Part shown: positions 29,614 to 29,670 of the stretch, piece after piece
How positions within the stretch are numbered: the first letter of the stretch is position 1
Layout of the letters: each line of letters begins with the position of its first letter
Source of the DNA: Candidatus Ratteibacteria bacterium
GTDB taxonomy: Bacteria > Ratteibacteria > UBA8468 > B48-G9 > DTJG01
Length of the DNA: 29,670 bases
Direction: 5' to 3'
Assembly: GCA_049971295.1 (NCBI GenBank)
Contig: JBMFLH010000016.1
Location: 1 to 29,670, forward strand
Made by a program: the position numbers and the translations under genes
Notes under the pieces: generated by a model
Databases searched by the model: none
Told to the model about the DNA's origin: nothing
The model's input: only the letters and a program-made list of their open reading frames with translations

Positions 29614-29670
29614 TAATACTAATTTGACATCAAATTTATAGTTTTAAGCCAGTCAAAATAAGTGAGTGAA
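29614..29670. mobile_element. Possible insertion-sequence end interrupting the GT2 gene
   Basis: Abrupt switch to non-GT2, AT-rich sequence beginning TAATACTAATTTGACATCAAATT, which contains the palindrome AATTTGA-CA-TCAAATT (29621-29636). Confidence 0.3.

Noticed and set aside
1..29670. CRISPR array, prophage, integrase, transposase or defence system
   Set aside because: I found no regularly spaced repeats and no ORF with such motifs in the window.

Overview
AT-rich, gene-dense bacterial DNA. The 29,670 bp look like a whole assembly contig: both ends cut into genes at short non-coding, foreign-looking sequences. It holds (i) many carbohydrate-processing genes (secreted lyase-like, NHL-propeller and GH42-like proteins, a GH51 arabinofuranosidase, a GH2, a GHL10-like hydrolase, four Gfo/Idh/MocA oxidoreductases, two TIM-barrel isomerases, a URO-D-family protein, a GT2); (ii) an orphan ParA with a 94-aa partner (ParB-like N-terminal peptide plus ribbon-helix-helix), followed by an ECF sigma and ZAS anti-sigma; (iii) a housekeeping block of 6S RNA, tRNA-Tyr, tRNA-Gly, a trigger factor lacking its PPIase domain, clpP, lon and a class V aminotransferase. 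At least seven accessory genes carry lesions (four in-frame stops covering all three types, two +1 A-run frameshifts, one large in-frame deletion, two terminal truncations), while the housekeeping genes have no stops or frameshifts. The gene mix suggests an Omnitrophota/Ratteibacteria-like lineage, but that is an untested inference. All product calls come from motif recognition, not database searches.
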